In this document: piece by piece, positions 46,095 to 55,731 of the stretch | Layout of the letters: each line of letters begins with the position of its first letter | Numbering within the stretch: the stretch's first letter is position 1 | From: Anaerolineae bacterium | GTDB lineage: Bacteria > Chloroflexota > Anaerolineae > B4-G1 > DUEL01 | Direction of reading: 5' to 3' | Length of the DNA: 55,731 bases | Assembly (NCBI GenBank): GCA_041082215.1 | Contig: JBDOIF010000006.1 | Span: forward strand, 62,001-117,731 | Translations under genes and position numbers: made by a program | Notes under the pieces: generated by a model | Told to the model about the DNA's origin: nothing | The model's database searches: none | What the model saw: the letters and a program-made list of their open reading frames with translations, nothing else

Positions 46095-47561
46095 TTACCG
46101 GGTCAGCGTTGGGATGATCGCGCCGAAAAGGGAGTAGAGGTCCAGCGCGGCCAGCCCCGCTACTATCCCGACCAGCGCCAGCCAGCGGCCCCAGTGGGGG
46201 GCAAACGCCACCGCCTCCAGAAGAGCGGCCAGGCCGAAAGCGGTCCCCACAGGAAAGAAAGATAACCCCACTCCCATTGCCCTCAGCACAATGAGCAGGG
46301 CCCCTGCTCCGGCCAGAACGGCGGCCGTTCGGGGAGCTACAAGGGGGGAAAGGAGCCATTCCAGCCCCGCTGCCGCCCCCACTGCCAGGGGGATCAACGC
46401 CGGAAAGAGATACCGCCCCTGGTGCTGTACGAACGTCAGGTTGTACCAGAGATAGGAACCGACCGTCAGCAGGGCCGAAGTCGCCAGCAGAAACGCCGCC
46501 GGTGAGGCCTTCCCCCCAGATCGGCTCTGATCCAGGCCCCACCCCACCAGCCCCGCCAGCAGCAGCCCGGAGAAGAGCGCCAGGGCCTGATAGATGGAGG
46601 GCTGGAGCGGAACCCCCATCCAGCCGAACTGGCCCCAGAAGCTCTGAAAGGTCGTGCGGGCCATTCGGCCCAGCAGCCCGGCCCATCCGTACTGGGCCAG
46701 CCACTCGGCCGTCCTGGGCTGGCCGACCACGACTCCATTGTGGCGGGCCAGCCCCAGCGGATCGGCCCACCCGTAGAGAGAGAGGTTGCGGGCAAGCCAG
46801 GGAGCAGCGAGTAGAAGCGGTGGCAGGAACACCCGGACCAACTGTGCCGCTGCCTCCCGCGGCGAGGCCCTCCCCCGCCGTGCCCCCAGTCCCACAGCCA
46901 GCAGAGCCACCGGCAGCGTCACATAAGCCGTCGTCTTGGTCAGCAGGGCCAGCCCCAGGACCACCCCCAACCCCCAGGCCAGCCGCCGGTTCCCCCACCC
47001 ACCCGGGGCCGTCAGCCTGACTCCCATCAGAAGGGCAAGCCCCACCATCACCTCCGCCAGCGAGTCGTTATTCACCCCCGACACCATTGCCAGGTGCTGC
47101 GGGAGAAAAGCGACGAACGCCGTCGCGGCCAGAGCCGGGAGGGGACGGTCGGGGAAGAGGGTACAGGCAAGTCGCCAGGTGATGAGGAGCAGGAGCCCCC
47201 CCAGGGCCACCGAAGCAGCCCGCAGGGGGAACAGGGCCCCGTGAAAGAGCAGGTAGATTGGTGTGAGGAGCAGGTAGTAGAGCGGCGGCTGGTGGTCCTC
47301 ATAGGTCAGAGGTTCGACGGAGAGATCCGGGGGGAAGCCATTGTCTACCAGCCGCCGGATATAGGCGTGGTCGTAGTCCCCCTCCTCGATCACCGGCAGT
47401 CTTCCTTCCTCAACAATTGCGCGGACGTAGTTGTAGTGGGCCGGCTCGTCGGGGACCTGCCACGGGGGCGTGCAGGCAGCGTAGAGGAGGGCCAGGACAG
47501 CGTAGGCCAGGAGAATCAGAGAGAAGAACAGCCGGTCGTTTTTTCTCATCGTGTGCATCAC
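46095..47561 (-). CDS. GT-C membrane glycosyltransferase (ArnT/PMT-like, DUF2142-type)
   Basis: PPWQVPDEPAH, HQPPLYY, VNNDSL, LTK, SFWGQFGW, QGRYLFP; many TM segments. Confidence 0.85.
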   Translation of the reverse strand: MMHTMRKNDRLFFSLILLAYAVLALLYAACTPPWQVPDEPAHYNYVRAIVEEGRLPVIEEGDYDHAYIRRLVDNGFPPDLSVEPLTYEDHQPPLYYLLLTPIYLLFHGALFPLRAASVALGGLLLLITWRLACTLFPDRPLPALAATAFVAFLPQHLAMVSGVNNDSLAEVMVGLALLMGVRLTAPGGWGNRRLAWGLGVVLGLALLTKTTAYVTLPVALLAVGLGARRGRASPREAAAQLVRVFLPPLLLAAPWLARNLSLYGWADPLGLARHNGVVVGQPRTAEWLAQYGWAGLLGRMARTTFQSFWGQFGWMGVPLQPSIYQALALFSGLLLAGLVGWGLDQSRSGGKASPAAFLLATSALLTVGSYLWYNLTFVQHQGRYLFPALIPLAVGAAAGLEWLLSPLVAPRTAAVLAGAGALLIVLRAMGVGLSFFPVGTAFGLAALLEAVAFAPHWGRWLALVGIVAGLAALDLYSLFGAIIPTLTR

Positions 47562-47594
47562 ACCCGGAACTAAGGGGGCGACAGGGCTTTTCCC

Positions 47595-48263
47595 CTACAG
47601 GGGATAGGCCTGCAGGTGCAGGTCAATCAGGACCACCAGAGCAGTCAGGAGCGGCACGGCCTGGGCCAGCGGAGAGGATGCCACCTCGATGATATAGCTG
47701 GGGCCGCGGACGGCGCGCAGGATCTCCCCCACCAGCTCGCCCACGGGGAGCGAGGCCAACAGCTCCGACGATAGAGCGGAACGTAGGTCCCCCTCCTCCA
47801 TCAGCATCAGCGAGGGCTCCGTTTCTTCCCTCTCCTCCCCCCACTCCTCGGGGTAGAGAGCAGGTTCGTCCCGTTCCGGCAGGGCGAAAATCTCGTACAA
47901 CTGCTCTCCGTATCGGTGGCCGTGGGCCGTATAGGTCAATTCATCCAGGTAGAGCCTGTAGCGGGGCAACCGCAGGAGAATGCGGTCAACCAGGTTCCAC
48001 CGCTCCTCAAGCAACAATGGCTTTTCCTCCCCTTCCAGCAGGAGGGTATAGACTCCCCCCGTTGCCCAGGGAGAAGGGGGAGGGGGGATGAGCTGGCCCA
48101 GAGGGACATAGTCGGCGTCGAAGAGGGATACCTGCCGTGTGGGGTTGGGCAGGAAGAGGCCAGCAGGTTCAGCGATACAGCGTACTCGCTCCTCTTCGTC
48201 AACCAGCTCATACCGGTAGGCCTGTAGCTCGGAATAACTGTGCCTGTAGACGCCGTACCTCAT
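47595..48263 (-). CDS. Hypothetical protein (possible tubby/LURP-like beta-barrel with C-terminal helix)
   Basis: ATGA overlap with ftsK; beta-rich pattern ending LLTALVVLID. Confidence 0.65.
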   Translation of the reverse strand: MRYGVYRHSYSELQAYRYELVDEEERVRCIAEPAGLFLPNPTRQVSLFDADYVPLGQLIPPPPSPWATGGVYTLLLEGEEKPLLLEERWNLVDRILLRLPRYRLYLDELTYTAHGHRYGEQLYEIFALPERDEPALYPEEWGEEREETEPSLMLMEEGDLRSALSSELLASLPVGELVGEILRAVRGPSYIIEVASSPLAQAVPLLTALVVLIDLHLQAYPL

Positions 48264-50524
48264 TCACTACCTGCCTGGCGAAGCAGCGCCTCCGCCGCCG
48301 CCCGGTTCACCTCCCGGGTCTGTCCCCCCGGCTGGGGAGGGCCGATCACCCCCTTCTCCTCCAGAAGCTCGATGATCCGGGCCGAACGGGTATAGCCGAT
48401 GCGCAGCCGGCGCTGAAGCAGGGAAATAGAGGCCCGGCCCTCTGCCAGGAGGACCTCCACGGCGTCGGGCAGGAGGTCGTCTTCGAAAAGGCCTGCTGGG
48501 GGGAGCAGCTCTTCCTGGAGGGGGAGCTGGGCCGGCCGGGAGGGGGCGGCAGAAGGGGCCTCGGCCGGGGAAGGCCCCTCCAGGGTTCGTCCGCCCTTCC
48601 AGTACCGGACCAGCCGGTGGAGTTCCGCATCGGAGACGAACGCCCCCTGCAATCGGATCGGCTGGGCCGAGTCGGGGGCCTGGAAGAGCATATCCCCCCG
48701 GCCCAGCAGCCGCTCTGCGCCGGGGATATCCAGGATCACCCGCGAGTCCACCGAAGAGGCAACGGCAAAAGCGATCCGTGCCGGGAAGTTGGCCTTGATC
48801 AGCCCGGTCACCACATCCACACTGGGCCGCTGGGTGGCGATGATCAGGTGGATGCCCGTCGCGCGGGCCATCTGGGCCAGTCGGCAGATCGCCCGCTCCG
48901 TCTCCTGCGGGGCCAGCATCATCAGGTCGGCCAGCTCATCCACAACAACAACGATATAAGGTAGCTTCTTCAGCTCAGGCTGCCTGGGCACGATCCGCTC
49001 GTTGTAGTCCACGATGTCCCGTGCTCCGACGCTGGCAAACCGCCGGTACCGACCGTCCATCTCTCGCAGCACCCACTTCAACGCCCCTACCACCCGCTCC
49101 ATATCCACCACCACCGAGTCCAGGAGATGGGGGATCCCGTTATAAAGTGTCAGCTCCACCCGCTTGGGGTCCACCATCAGGAGCTTCAGATCATCCGGCG
49201 TGTTCTGGAGGAGAAGGGCGGTAAGGATAGCGTTGATGCAGACCGACTTGCCGGAGCCGGTGGTGCCTGCGATAAGGAGATGGGGCATCGCCCGCAGGTC
49301 GGCCACAAAGGGAGCGCCGGAGACATCCTGCCCCAGCCCCAGACGGAGGGGGGAACGGACCGCCTCCCAGGCCTTGCTCTCGATAATATCCCGCAGGGCG
49401 ACCAGGGCGATCTCCTGATTGGGCACCTCGATCCCCACCAGCCCCTTGCGGGGCACCGGGGCTTCGATACGGATTGTCTTTGCGGATAGGGCCAGCGCCA
49501 GGTCGTCGGCCAGGCTGGCGATCTTGCTCACCTTCACCCGGGTCTGCTTTCCCCGACTGTTGGTAACGTAGAGGGGTTCCACGCCAAACTGGGTGACCAC
49601 AGGCCCCTGATTCACCTCTTTCACCTTGACCGGCGCCCCCAGGCTGGACAGCGTCTCCTCGATAATGCGAGCCTGCTGCCGGAGGATCTCCTGATCCAGG
49701 TCCTGCTCTCCCCCAGGCTCCAGGATCGCATCCAGCGGCGGCAGCTCCCAGGGAGGCCCCCCGATCACACGGAGCTGGGGCCGGTCAGCGAAGGCGGGGG
49801 AAGGGGTGGGCGAGGGCGGGGCCGCCCTGGGACGGACGGTCGGTTCCTCTGGCTGCTGGAGGGGCGGCCGGGGGGGCGGCTTCCGCTCCCGGGCTGTCGG
49901 GGGGAGCTGCACCGGACTGCGCCGGAGCCTGCGCTGCTCGACCCATCGGAACAGGCCGCGGGCGATGTCGGCCGGAGAGATCCCGAAGGTGAAGTAGACT
50001 GCCAGCAGCCAGAGGGTCAGGACCACCAGCGCCGTCCCCACCCCGCCCAGGCCCCTCACCAGGAGCATGCCCATCCCGGCGCCCAGGTAGCCGCCGCCGT
50101 AGCCAGCCTCGGCCGCGGCCTGGGGAGTAAGCCCTGTAAACCAGACCGCCGGGAAATGGACGGTGATGAGGAAAGCGGTAAAGAAGAGCAGCCCCCCTAC
50201 CACCTGTATCGGACGGGGGCGGGGGATACGATCACCAAAGCGGCGCAGGACGAGGTAAAGCCCCACTGCGCCGAGGAGGAAAGGGACGAGGTAAACCCCC
50301 CAGCCAAAGGCGCGGCTGAGGAAGACCACCCACGGCTCCAGCAGCGCCCCCCGCTGGACAGAGAGAAGGGCCAGAAGGGTAAGGCCGGCCAGACCCAGCA
50401 ACAGATAACCCAGGATATCCAGCCAGGTATCCAGGCTGAGCTGGAGCAGAGGGCCACGTTGTTGTCGGCGTTTGCGGCTGCCGTTCCCCTTCTTGGCCGT
50501 GCGGCGCGAACTGCTGCCTGCCAT
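48260..50524 (-). CDS. ftsK: DNA translocase FtsK/SpoIIIE
   Basis: N-terminal TMs, PHLLIAGTTGSGKS, DPKRVEL, VVDELADLMM, ATQRPSVDV, gamma domain SLLQRRLRIGYTRSAR. Confidence 0.96.
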   Translation of the reverse strand: MAGSSSRRTAKKGNGSRKRRQQRGPLLQLSLDTWLDILGYLLLGLAGLTLLALLSVQRGALLEPWVVFLSRAFGWGVYLVPFLLGAVGLYLVLRRFGDRIPRPRPIQVVGGLLFFTAFLITVHFPAVWFTGLTPQAAAEAGYGGGYLGAGMGMLLVRGLGGVGTALVVLTLWLLAVYFTFGISPADIARGLFRWVEQRRLRRSPVQLPPTARERKPPPRPPLQQPEEPTVRPRAAPPSPTPSPAFADRPQLRVIGGPPWELPPLDAILEPGGEQDLDQEILRQQARIIEETLSSLGAPVKVKEVNQGPVVTQFGVEPLYVTNSRGKQTRVKVSKIASLADDLALALSAKTIRIEAPVPRKGLVGIEVPNQEIALVALRDIIESKAWEAVRSPLRLGLGQDVSGAPFVADLRAMPHLLIAGTTGSGKSVCINAILTALLLQNTPDDLKLLMVDPKRVELTLYNGIPHLLDSVVVDMERVVGALKWVLREMDGRYRRFASVGARDIVDYNERIVPRQPELKKLPYIVVVVDELADLMMLAPQETERAICRLAQMARATGIHLIIATQRPSVDVVTGLIKANFPARIAFAVASSVDSRVILDIPGAERLLGRGDMLFQAPDSAQPIRLQGAFVSDAELHRLVRYWKGGRTLEGPSPAEAPSAAPSRPAQLPLQEELLPPAGLFEDDLLPDAVEVLLAEGRASISLLQRRLRIGYTRSARIIELLEEKGVIGPPQPGGQTREVNRAAAEALLRQAGSE

Positions 50525-50597
50525 ATACAAGGTCCCTTAAGGATTATAACATATCTCCCGCTCTATCGCCACAGCGAACCGGGGCTGGGGAGCTGGC

Positions 50598-51578
50598 CTA
50601 AGGCCTTTCGGTCGGCCAGTCGGCGGTGTAGAAGGCCAGGTAGGCGGGCATCATCTGGGACCAGTAGGCGTTGGAGTGATCGCCCTCGCCGACCCAGTAC
50701 TCATGGGCCACCCCGCGTTCCTCCAATATGTGATGTAGCCGCTCTACCCCCACCCGCGCCCAGTCTGCATCCCCTGCATCCAGCCAGATGCGGAGGGATG
50801 CCACAGCCGGGTCCGCGGCCAGGTTGTAGGGGTCGTAGAGGGGGTGGGGGTAATTGACGGAGAGAGCGGCGCTGTGGGCCCCCACCGCCGAGAACAGCTC
50901 CGGGTGGCGAAAGCCGATCTCCAGCGCCCAGACCCCGCCGCGGGAGATGCCGCCGATGGCCCGTCCCTCCCGCTGCGCCCAGGTGCGGTAGGTCCGGTCA
51001 ATGCAGGGGATCAGCTCGTTCACGATCAGCCCCTCCACCGAGTAGTCCCCGCCGCTGGTGTTGACGTAGATCCCCTCCGGCGAGGGGTCGCCGTTGGGCA
51101 TCACGATAATGAAAGGCGGGTAGGCCCCGGAGCTTATCCCGGCTTCTGCCGCCTCGTCGGCTCCCAGCCGGTCCCAGTGCCACTCGTCGAAGGGATAGCC
51201 GTGGAGGAGGTAGAGGACCGGGTAGGACCGATCCTCCACATCGTAGCCCGGCGGCAGGTAGATGCGGTAGGCCATCTCCCGCCCCAGAATCCGGCTTTCA
51301 TAGCTCCCCTCCTCGACCCGTCCGGGGTGCTCGACGTAGAGAGGAGTGGGAGTTGGGGTCGGCGTGGGGGTAGCGGTTGGGGTGGGCGTGGAAGTGGGAG
51401 TAGGGGTAGCAGTAGGGGTGGGAGTTGCCGTCGCCAGTGGAGCCAGGGTAGGGGGGAGGTAGGTTGGCGCAGGCGAGGGGTTCTGCCCGGTGCAGGCAAC
51501 CAGCACCGCTGCCAGCGCCAACGTCAGGAGGAGGAGGTTCCGAAGGTCGGTGTGAGCCATGTCGAAGCCGTTATCCAT
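50598..51578 (-). CDS. Alpha/beta-hydrolase esterase lipoprotein with Pro/Thr linker
   Basis: Lipobox LVAC, (PT)n linker, IYLPPGY, YPVLYLLHG, GISRGG nucleophile elbow, GDH. Confidence 0.85.
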   Translation of the reverse strand: MDNGFDMAHTDLRNLLLLTLALAAVLVACTGQNPSPAPTYLPPTLAPLATATPTPTATPTPTSTPTPTATPTPTPTPTPLYVEHPGRVEEGSYESRILGREMAYRIYLPPGYDVEDRSYPVLYLLHGYPFDEWHWDRLGADEAAEAGISSGAYPPFIIVMPNGDPSPEGIYVNTSGGDYSVEGLIVNELIPCIDRTYRTWAQREGRAIGGISRGGVWALEIGFRHPELFSAVGAHSAALSVNYPHPLYDPYNLAADPAVASLRIWLDAGDADWARVGVERLHHILEERGVAHEYWVGEGDHSNAYWSQMMPAYLAFYTADWPTERP

Positions 51579-51582
51579 TTGT

Positions 51583-52572
51583 CTAGCAACCGGTCCCTTC
51601 CACCACCTGCGCCCCCAGCCCCGGCCGACAGACCAGCACCTCCAGCACAGTTGGGTCGGCGCGGAGGTCGGCCAGCAGCCGCTCCACGTATTCCGGCAAC
51701 GTCAGTATATGGACGTTGGCCCCGGCGTCTATCGTAAAGTAGGCCGGCACACCCTGCTCCCGCCATCGGCGGACCCGGTGCATCGTCGCCACCGTGGCGG
51801 GGAGCCAGTAGAGCAGGGAGGGACGGGAGGTCATCATCACCGCGTGCATCAGGAGCGCGTCCTCCTCCGCCACCTCCCCCAGAGCGGCGAAGTCCCGCTC
51901 CGCCAGCGCAGCCAGCAGCCGCCGGTTGAGTTCCGCCACATAGGCCACCCGGGCCGGATGCAGGGGGCTTGTCTCCGCCAGCCGGTGACCGAGGCTGGAG
52001 GAGACCTCCTTTTCGGCCCGGGAGAGGAGCACCACCAGGTCGCAGAGTTCCCACCAATCCGGCCCGTGGAGGGGTTCGGCGAACGAATCCTCATCCCGCG
52101 CGCCGGTGTGGAGGAGGACGAAGCCACCGAAAATGGAGCGGGCGGCGGAGCCGGAGCCCAGCCGGGCCAGCCGGCTCAACTCCTGCCTGGAAAGCTCCAG
52201 CCCCAGCGCTGTCGCACAGGCCAGGGTGAGGGCGGCAAAACCAGAGGCGGAGGAGGCGATGCCGGCGCCGGTGGGGAAGTTATTCCTCGACTCCACACAG
52301 GCCCTCCACGGCGTACCCGCCAGGCGGCGGAAAAGGTCCAGGTGGCGGACCACCCGCTCCCGAGCCGTGCCGGAGAGGGGGACGCCGTCCACCACCACCT
52401 CATCCTGCGCCAGGTCGGCCCGGAAGGAGACGGTGGTGACGGTTCGGGTCCGGTCGAGGGTGATGGAGATGGAATCGTTGGCCGGTATACGCAGGTCGGC
52501 ATTGGCGTTTCCCCAGTACTTGGTGAGGGCGATGTTGGCCCCGGCCTCAGCGGTGGCGGTTTTTTCTGTCAT
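51583..52572 (-). CDS. mvaD: Diphospho-/phosphomevalonate decarboxylase
   Basis: ANIALTKYWG, SISITL, NNFPTGAGIASSASGFAA, GSGSAARSIFGGF, FTIDAGANV. Confidence 0.93.
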   Translation of the reverse strand: MTEKTATAEAGANIALTKYWGNANADLRIPANDSISITLDRTRTVTTVSFRADLAQDEVVVDGVPLSGTARERVVRHLDLFRRLAGTPWRACVESRNNFPTGAGIASSASGFAALTLACATALGLELSRQELSRLARLGSGSAARSIFGGFVLLHTGARDEDSFAEPLHGPDWWELCDLVVLLSRAEKEVSSSLGHRLAETSPLHPARVAYVAELNRRLLAALAERDFAALGEVAEEDALLMHAVMMTSRPSLLYWLPATVATMHRVRRWREQGVPAYFTIDAGANVHILTLPEYVERLLADLRADPTVLEVLVCRPGLGAQVVEGTGC

Positions 52573-52611
52573 ATGAATAAGGCGGCCTCCTCCTGGATGC
52601 AGGACAATGGA

Positions 52612-52639
52612 TGTAGGGCAAGCTTAAGCTTGCCCCACA
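52612..52639. repeat. GTAG-type REP overlapping pfpI 3' end
   Basis: TGTAGGGCAAGCTTAAGCTTGCCCCACA. Confidence 0.8.
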
Positions 52640-53154
52640 CTGAGGGCGACGATAATGGTCCGGCAGAAGGCCGGCAGGTCGGAGGGCATGCGGGAGGTGA
52701 TCAGGTTCCCGTCCCGCACCACTTCCTCGTCCACCCACTCCGCTCCGGCGTTGACCATGTCGTCCTTAATGGCGAAGAAGCTGGTGGCCCGGCGGCCTCT
52801 GAGGACGTCGGCGGAGACCAGCATCCAGCCAGCATGGCAGATGGCGGCTACTATCTTCCCCTGCTGGAAGGCCTCCCGGACCAGGCGCACCATCGCCGGG
52901 TACCGCCGCATCAGGTCGGGAGCGTAGCCGCCGGGGATGATGACCGCGTCAAACTCGTCTGCCGAAACCTGGTCAGCCGTGACGTCGGCCGTCACCGGGT
53001 AGCCGTGCTTGCTGGTGTAGGTTTCGGCGCTTCCCGTGCCGACCACCTTTACCTCCGCTCCCTCCTCCTGCAGCCGCAGGAGCGGGTACCAGAGCTCGAG
53101 GTCCTGATAGTTGTTCTCGGCCAGGATCGCAACCCGCTTTCCTGAGAGCCTCAT
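52624..53154 (-). CDS. pfpI: DJ-1/PfpI family protein
   Basis: YQDLELWYP, IIPGGYAPD, AAICHAG, DGNLITSR. Confidence 0.92.
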   Translation of the reverse strand: MRLSGKRVAILAENNYQDLELWYPLLRLQEEGAEVKVVGTGSAETYTSKHGYPVTADVTADQVSADEFDAVIIPGGYAPDLMRRYPAMVRLVREAFQQGKIVAAICHAGWMLVSADVLRGRRATSFFAIKDDMVNAGAEWVDEEVVRDGNLITSRMPSDLPAFCRTIIVALSVGQA

Positions 53155-53534
53155 TTTGCCTCCTCTTCCATGTTCACTGGAACAACTTCCACTGCCTGAG
53201 GGCCCCTGTCCGTCACCTGGACCCGATAAGTCACCGGCACTCCATCTTTCAGGCGCAGCCTCTCATCCCCCTCCACAGCGATGCCGGTGCGATGGAAGAA
53301 AAGCTCGTTGCCGCTGTGCTGGACAATGAAGCCGTACCCCTTATCCGGGTCATACCACTTGACGACCCCTCTGTGCAGTCCAGGGCCCAGCTCTGCGGCC
53401 TTTTCGCACTGGGGGCACAGGGAGGGGAGCGAAACGTCGAACCCCAGTTTGGTCAGTCGCCGTTGCTCCTCCACAGTGAAGACGAACCGTCTTCCGCATT
53501 TCTGGCAGGTAGCCCAGGTATCGCGATAAGGCAT
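53151..53534 (-). CDS. Zinc-ribbon plus cold-shock domain protein
   Basis: CQKC...FVFTVEEQ...CPQC, then GVVKWYDPDKGYGFI...FFHRTGI...GPQA. Confidence 0.88.
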   Translation of the reverse strand: MPYRDTWATCQKCGRRFVFTVEEQRRLTKLGFDVSLPSLCPQCEKAAELGPGLHRGVVKWYDPDKGYGFIVQHSGNELFFHRTGIAVEGDERLRLKDGVPVTYRVQVTDRGPQAVEVVPVNMEEEAK

Positions 53535-53552
53535 AGAGTGACCTCCTTATGA

Positions 53553-53580
53553 TGCAGGACAAGCTTAAGCTTGTCCTACA
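53553..53580. repeat. GTAG-type REP overlapping topoisomerase gene 3' end
   Basis: TGCAGGACAAGCTTAAGCTTGTCCTACA. Confidence 0.8.
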
Positions 53581-55731
53581 AAGATGACAACATTGATCAC
53601 CCGGTCCCCCTGGCGTAGAGAGATAACCGGCGCGCCCTGTGCTGAACGGCCCAGCCGGGGCGCTGAACGGGCGCGGACGGTCTTGGTGCCTCCCTTCTCA
53701 GTGACCAGTACGACCGCGTCGGCGGCCTGAACCACAGCGGCACCGGCCAGACCCATGCCAGCTTCGGCGAACCGGGCGGTCACCACCCCCTGCCCGTAGC
53801 GGCCCTGGACAGGGTACTGGCTCAGCGGTGTCCGCTTGGCCCGCCCGTCCTCCGCCACCACCAGCAGGTCGGAGCGGGGCCGGACCACTGTCAGCGCCAC
53901 CACCCGGTCTCCCTCACCGGCCAGTTTGACCCCCTTCACCCCGCCTGCCGGCAGCCCCATGGGCCGAACCTCACCCTCCTTGAAGCGGATCGCCTGACCC
54001 GCCCGGGTGACCAGCAGGACCTCGTCCTCCCCTCCAGTCACAGCAACCCAGCCGAGGGCATCTCCTTTCCCCACGCCGATCACCGGGAAGGGTTCAGCGC
54101 TCACGCCAGGCAGCTCTTCCAGAGCGACCCGCTTCACCATACCGCCGCGGGTAGCCAGGAAGAGATAGCCTGAAGGAGAAGGGGGGAGGGCCAGAGCGGA
54201 GACCATCTTCTGACGGCGCGTCAGGGGGGTCAGATCGGCCAGGTGGGAGCCTTCCCCCTCCCAGGCCACCCCTTCCGGCAACTGATGGACCGGGTAGGCG
54301 GCAGCCTGCCCATCGGCGGTGAAAAGGTAGAGCGTGCACCGTGTCGAGGTGGCCAGGAGCGCCAGGGGCGGCTCTTTCACCCGGGAGGGGACACGGGGAG
54401 GTTCCCCTTCTTCAGCTATGCGGGCCACCCGCCCCTCGCGGGTGACGGCCACCCACACTGGCAGGTCGGGCACCAGCTCCCCCGGCACCACCGCCTTCGC
54501 CTCCGCCCCCACCACCTGCGTGCGGCGCGCGTCCGCATATTTCTCCTTGACCGCCAGCAGCTCCTCCCGGATGACGCCGCGGAGCTTGGCCGGGCTTTTC
54601 AGCAGAGCGGTCAGGTACCGGATCAGCTTTTGCTTTTCCCTGTACTCCTCTTCAATCTTCCGTCGCTCCAGGGCTGCCAGCCGTTTGAGGGGCATATCCA
54701 GGATGGCGGTGGCCTGAGCGTCGGTCAGCTTAAAGCGCTGGCGGAGGTTCTTATGGGCGGTCTCAACGGAGCGGGAACGTCGAATGATCTCGATCACCTC
54801 GTCCAGGTTGTCCAGCGCCACCAGCAGCCCTTCCAGGATATGGGCCCGCTCCCTGGCTCGCTCCAGATCGTACCGGCTGCGGCGGGTGACAATCTCGATC
54901 CGGTGCTCGAGATAGACAAGGAGAGATCGCTTGAGGGTGAGCAGGCGGGGCTCCCCGTCCACCAGAGCCAGAAAGATGAGGCTGAAAGTGGCCTCGAGGG
55001 GAGTCGTACGGAAGAGCTCGGTCAGCACCGCTTCCGGCTCCGCCGTCCGGCTCAGCTCGATCACCAGCCGCAACCCCCGCCGGTCCGACTCATCCCGCAG
55101 GTCAGCGACCCCCTCGAGGCGGCCTTCCCGCACCAGGGCGGCGATCCGTTCCACCAGGCCGCTCTTGTTGACCTGATAGGGGAGTTCGGTCACCACCAGC
55201 CGGTGGCGGGAGCGGCTCATCTCCTCCACGTGGACACGGGCGCGGACGGTGACGCGGCCACGTCCGGAGCCGTAGGCGGAGGCCAGGACATCCTCTCCTT
55301 CCTCTCCGTACCGGTAGGCCAGGCCGCCGGTGGGGAAATCCGGCCCCTGGATGAACTGCATCAGCTCCTCCACGCCGATGTCATCCAGCCGCTGCCAGTT
55401 ATCCAGAAGGTACACCAGGGCGTCGCAGACCTCGCCCAGGTTGTGGGGCGGGATCGAGGTCGCCATCCCCACCGCGATCCCAGCCGCCCCGTTCACCAGC
55501 AGGTTGGGGATCGCCGCGGGGAGTATGGCCGGCTCCTGGAGGGTATCGTCGAAATTGGGGAGGAAGTCCACCGTCTCTTTCTGGATGTCGGCCAGCAGTT
55601 CCATCGCGATGGGGGCCAGGCGGGCCTCGGTGTACCGCATCGCCGCCGGACTGTCCCCATCCACCGAACCAAAGTTCCCCTGCCCATCCACCAGCGGATA
55701 CCGCAGACTGAAATCCTGCGCCATCCGCGCC
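53565..55731 (-). CDS. gyrA: Type IIA topoisomerase subunit A (GyrA/ParC family), 5' end outside window
   Basis: [21 protein letters not shown], active-site [27 protein letters not shown], beta-pinwheel CTD. No canonical GyrA-box, so it may be the ParC-like paralog. Confidence 0.85.
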   Translation of the reverse strand, partial: ARMAQDFSLRYPLVDGQGNFGSVDGDSPAAMRYTEARLAPIAMELLADIQKETVDFLPNFDDTLQEPAILPAAIPNLLVNGAAGIAVGMATSIPPHNLGEVCDALVYLLDNWQRLDDIGVEELMQFIQGPDFPTGGLAYRYGEEGEDVLASAYGSGRGRVTVRARVHVEEMSRSRHRLVVTELPYQVNKSGLVERIAALVREGRLEGVADLRDESDRRGLRLVIELSRTAEPEAVLTELFRTTPLEATFSLIFLALVDGEPRLLTLKRSLLVYLEHRIEIVTRRSRYDLERARERAHILEGLLVALDNLDEVIEIIRRSRSVETAHKNLRQRFKLTDAQATAILDMPLKRLAALERRKIEEEYREKQKLIRYLTALLKSPAKLRGVIREELLAVKEKYADARRTQVVGAEAKAVVPGELVPDLPVWVAVTREGRVARIAEEGEPPRVPSRVKEPPLALLATSTRCTLYLFTADGQAAAYPVHQLPEGVAWEGEGSHLADLTPLTRRQKMVSALALPPSPSGYLFLATRGGMVKRVALEELPGVSAEPFPVIGVGKGDALGWVAVTGGEDEVLLVTRAGQAIRFKEGEVRPMGLPAGGVKGVKLAGEGDRVVALTVVRPRSDLLVVAEDGRAKRTPLSQYPVQGRYGQGVVTARFAEAGMGLAGAAVVQAADAVVLVTEKGGTKTVRARSAPRLGRSAQGAPVISLRQGDRVINVVIFVGQA

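Noticed and set aside
51340..51440. Tandem repeat-like DNA in the esterase gene
   Set aside because: Ordinary Pro/Thr linker of a lipoprotein.

Overview
GC-rich bacterial chromosome fragment, most consistent with an anaerobic Chloroflexota (Anaerolineae-like) organism: Gram-positive-type SOS box, mevalonate decarboxylase, tungsten AORs, rubredoxin/rubrerythrin. There are three blocks. (1) 1-15.1 kb is a minus-strand polyamine/amine catabolic cluster: PotABCD, SMR exporter, aldehyde dehydrogenase, two Lrp/AsnC regulators, two APC permeases, and a tungsten AOR. Its 4Fe-4S subunit gene runs in frame, with no stop, into a class-III aminotransferase. An unexplained nucleotidyltransferase-like + metallophosphoesterase pair sits between the two permeases. 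(2) 15.3-31.6 kb is a 16-kb catabolic island bracketed by two homologous inward-facing promoter/operator cassettes. It holds a corrinoid protein, URO-D-family methyltransferase, aryl-alcohol dehydrogenase, second AOR, Liv-type ABC importer, C-GCAxxG-C-C protein, TetR and an FAD/Fe-S(CCG)/FAD oxidoreductase triad; anaerobic use of methoxylated/methylated aromatics is inferred. (3) 31.7-55.7 kb is mostly housekeeping: lexA, ssb, dtd, trpS, tldD/E, an oxidative-stress operon, ftsK, mvaD, pfpI and a gyrA/parC-family gene. Intergenic DNA carries a 192-bp MITE-like element (3 copies, one with a perfect 9-bp target duplication) and several REP-like palindrome families, some of which supply the C-termini and stop codons of genes. 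No rRNA, tRNA, transposase or CRISPR-cas was found. All functional calls rest on motif recognition only; no database searches were run.
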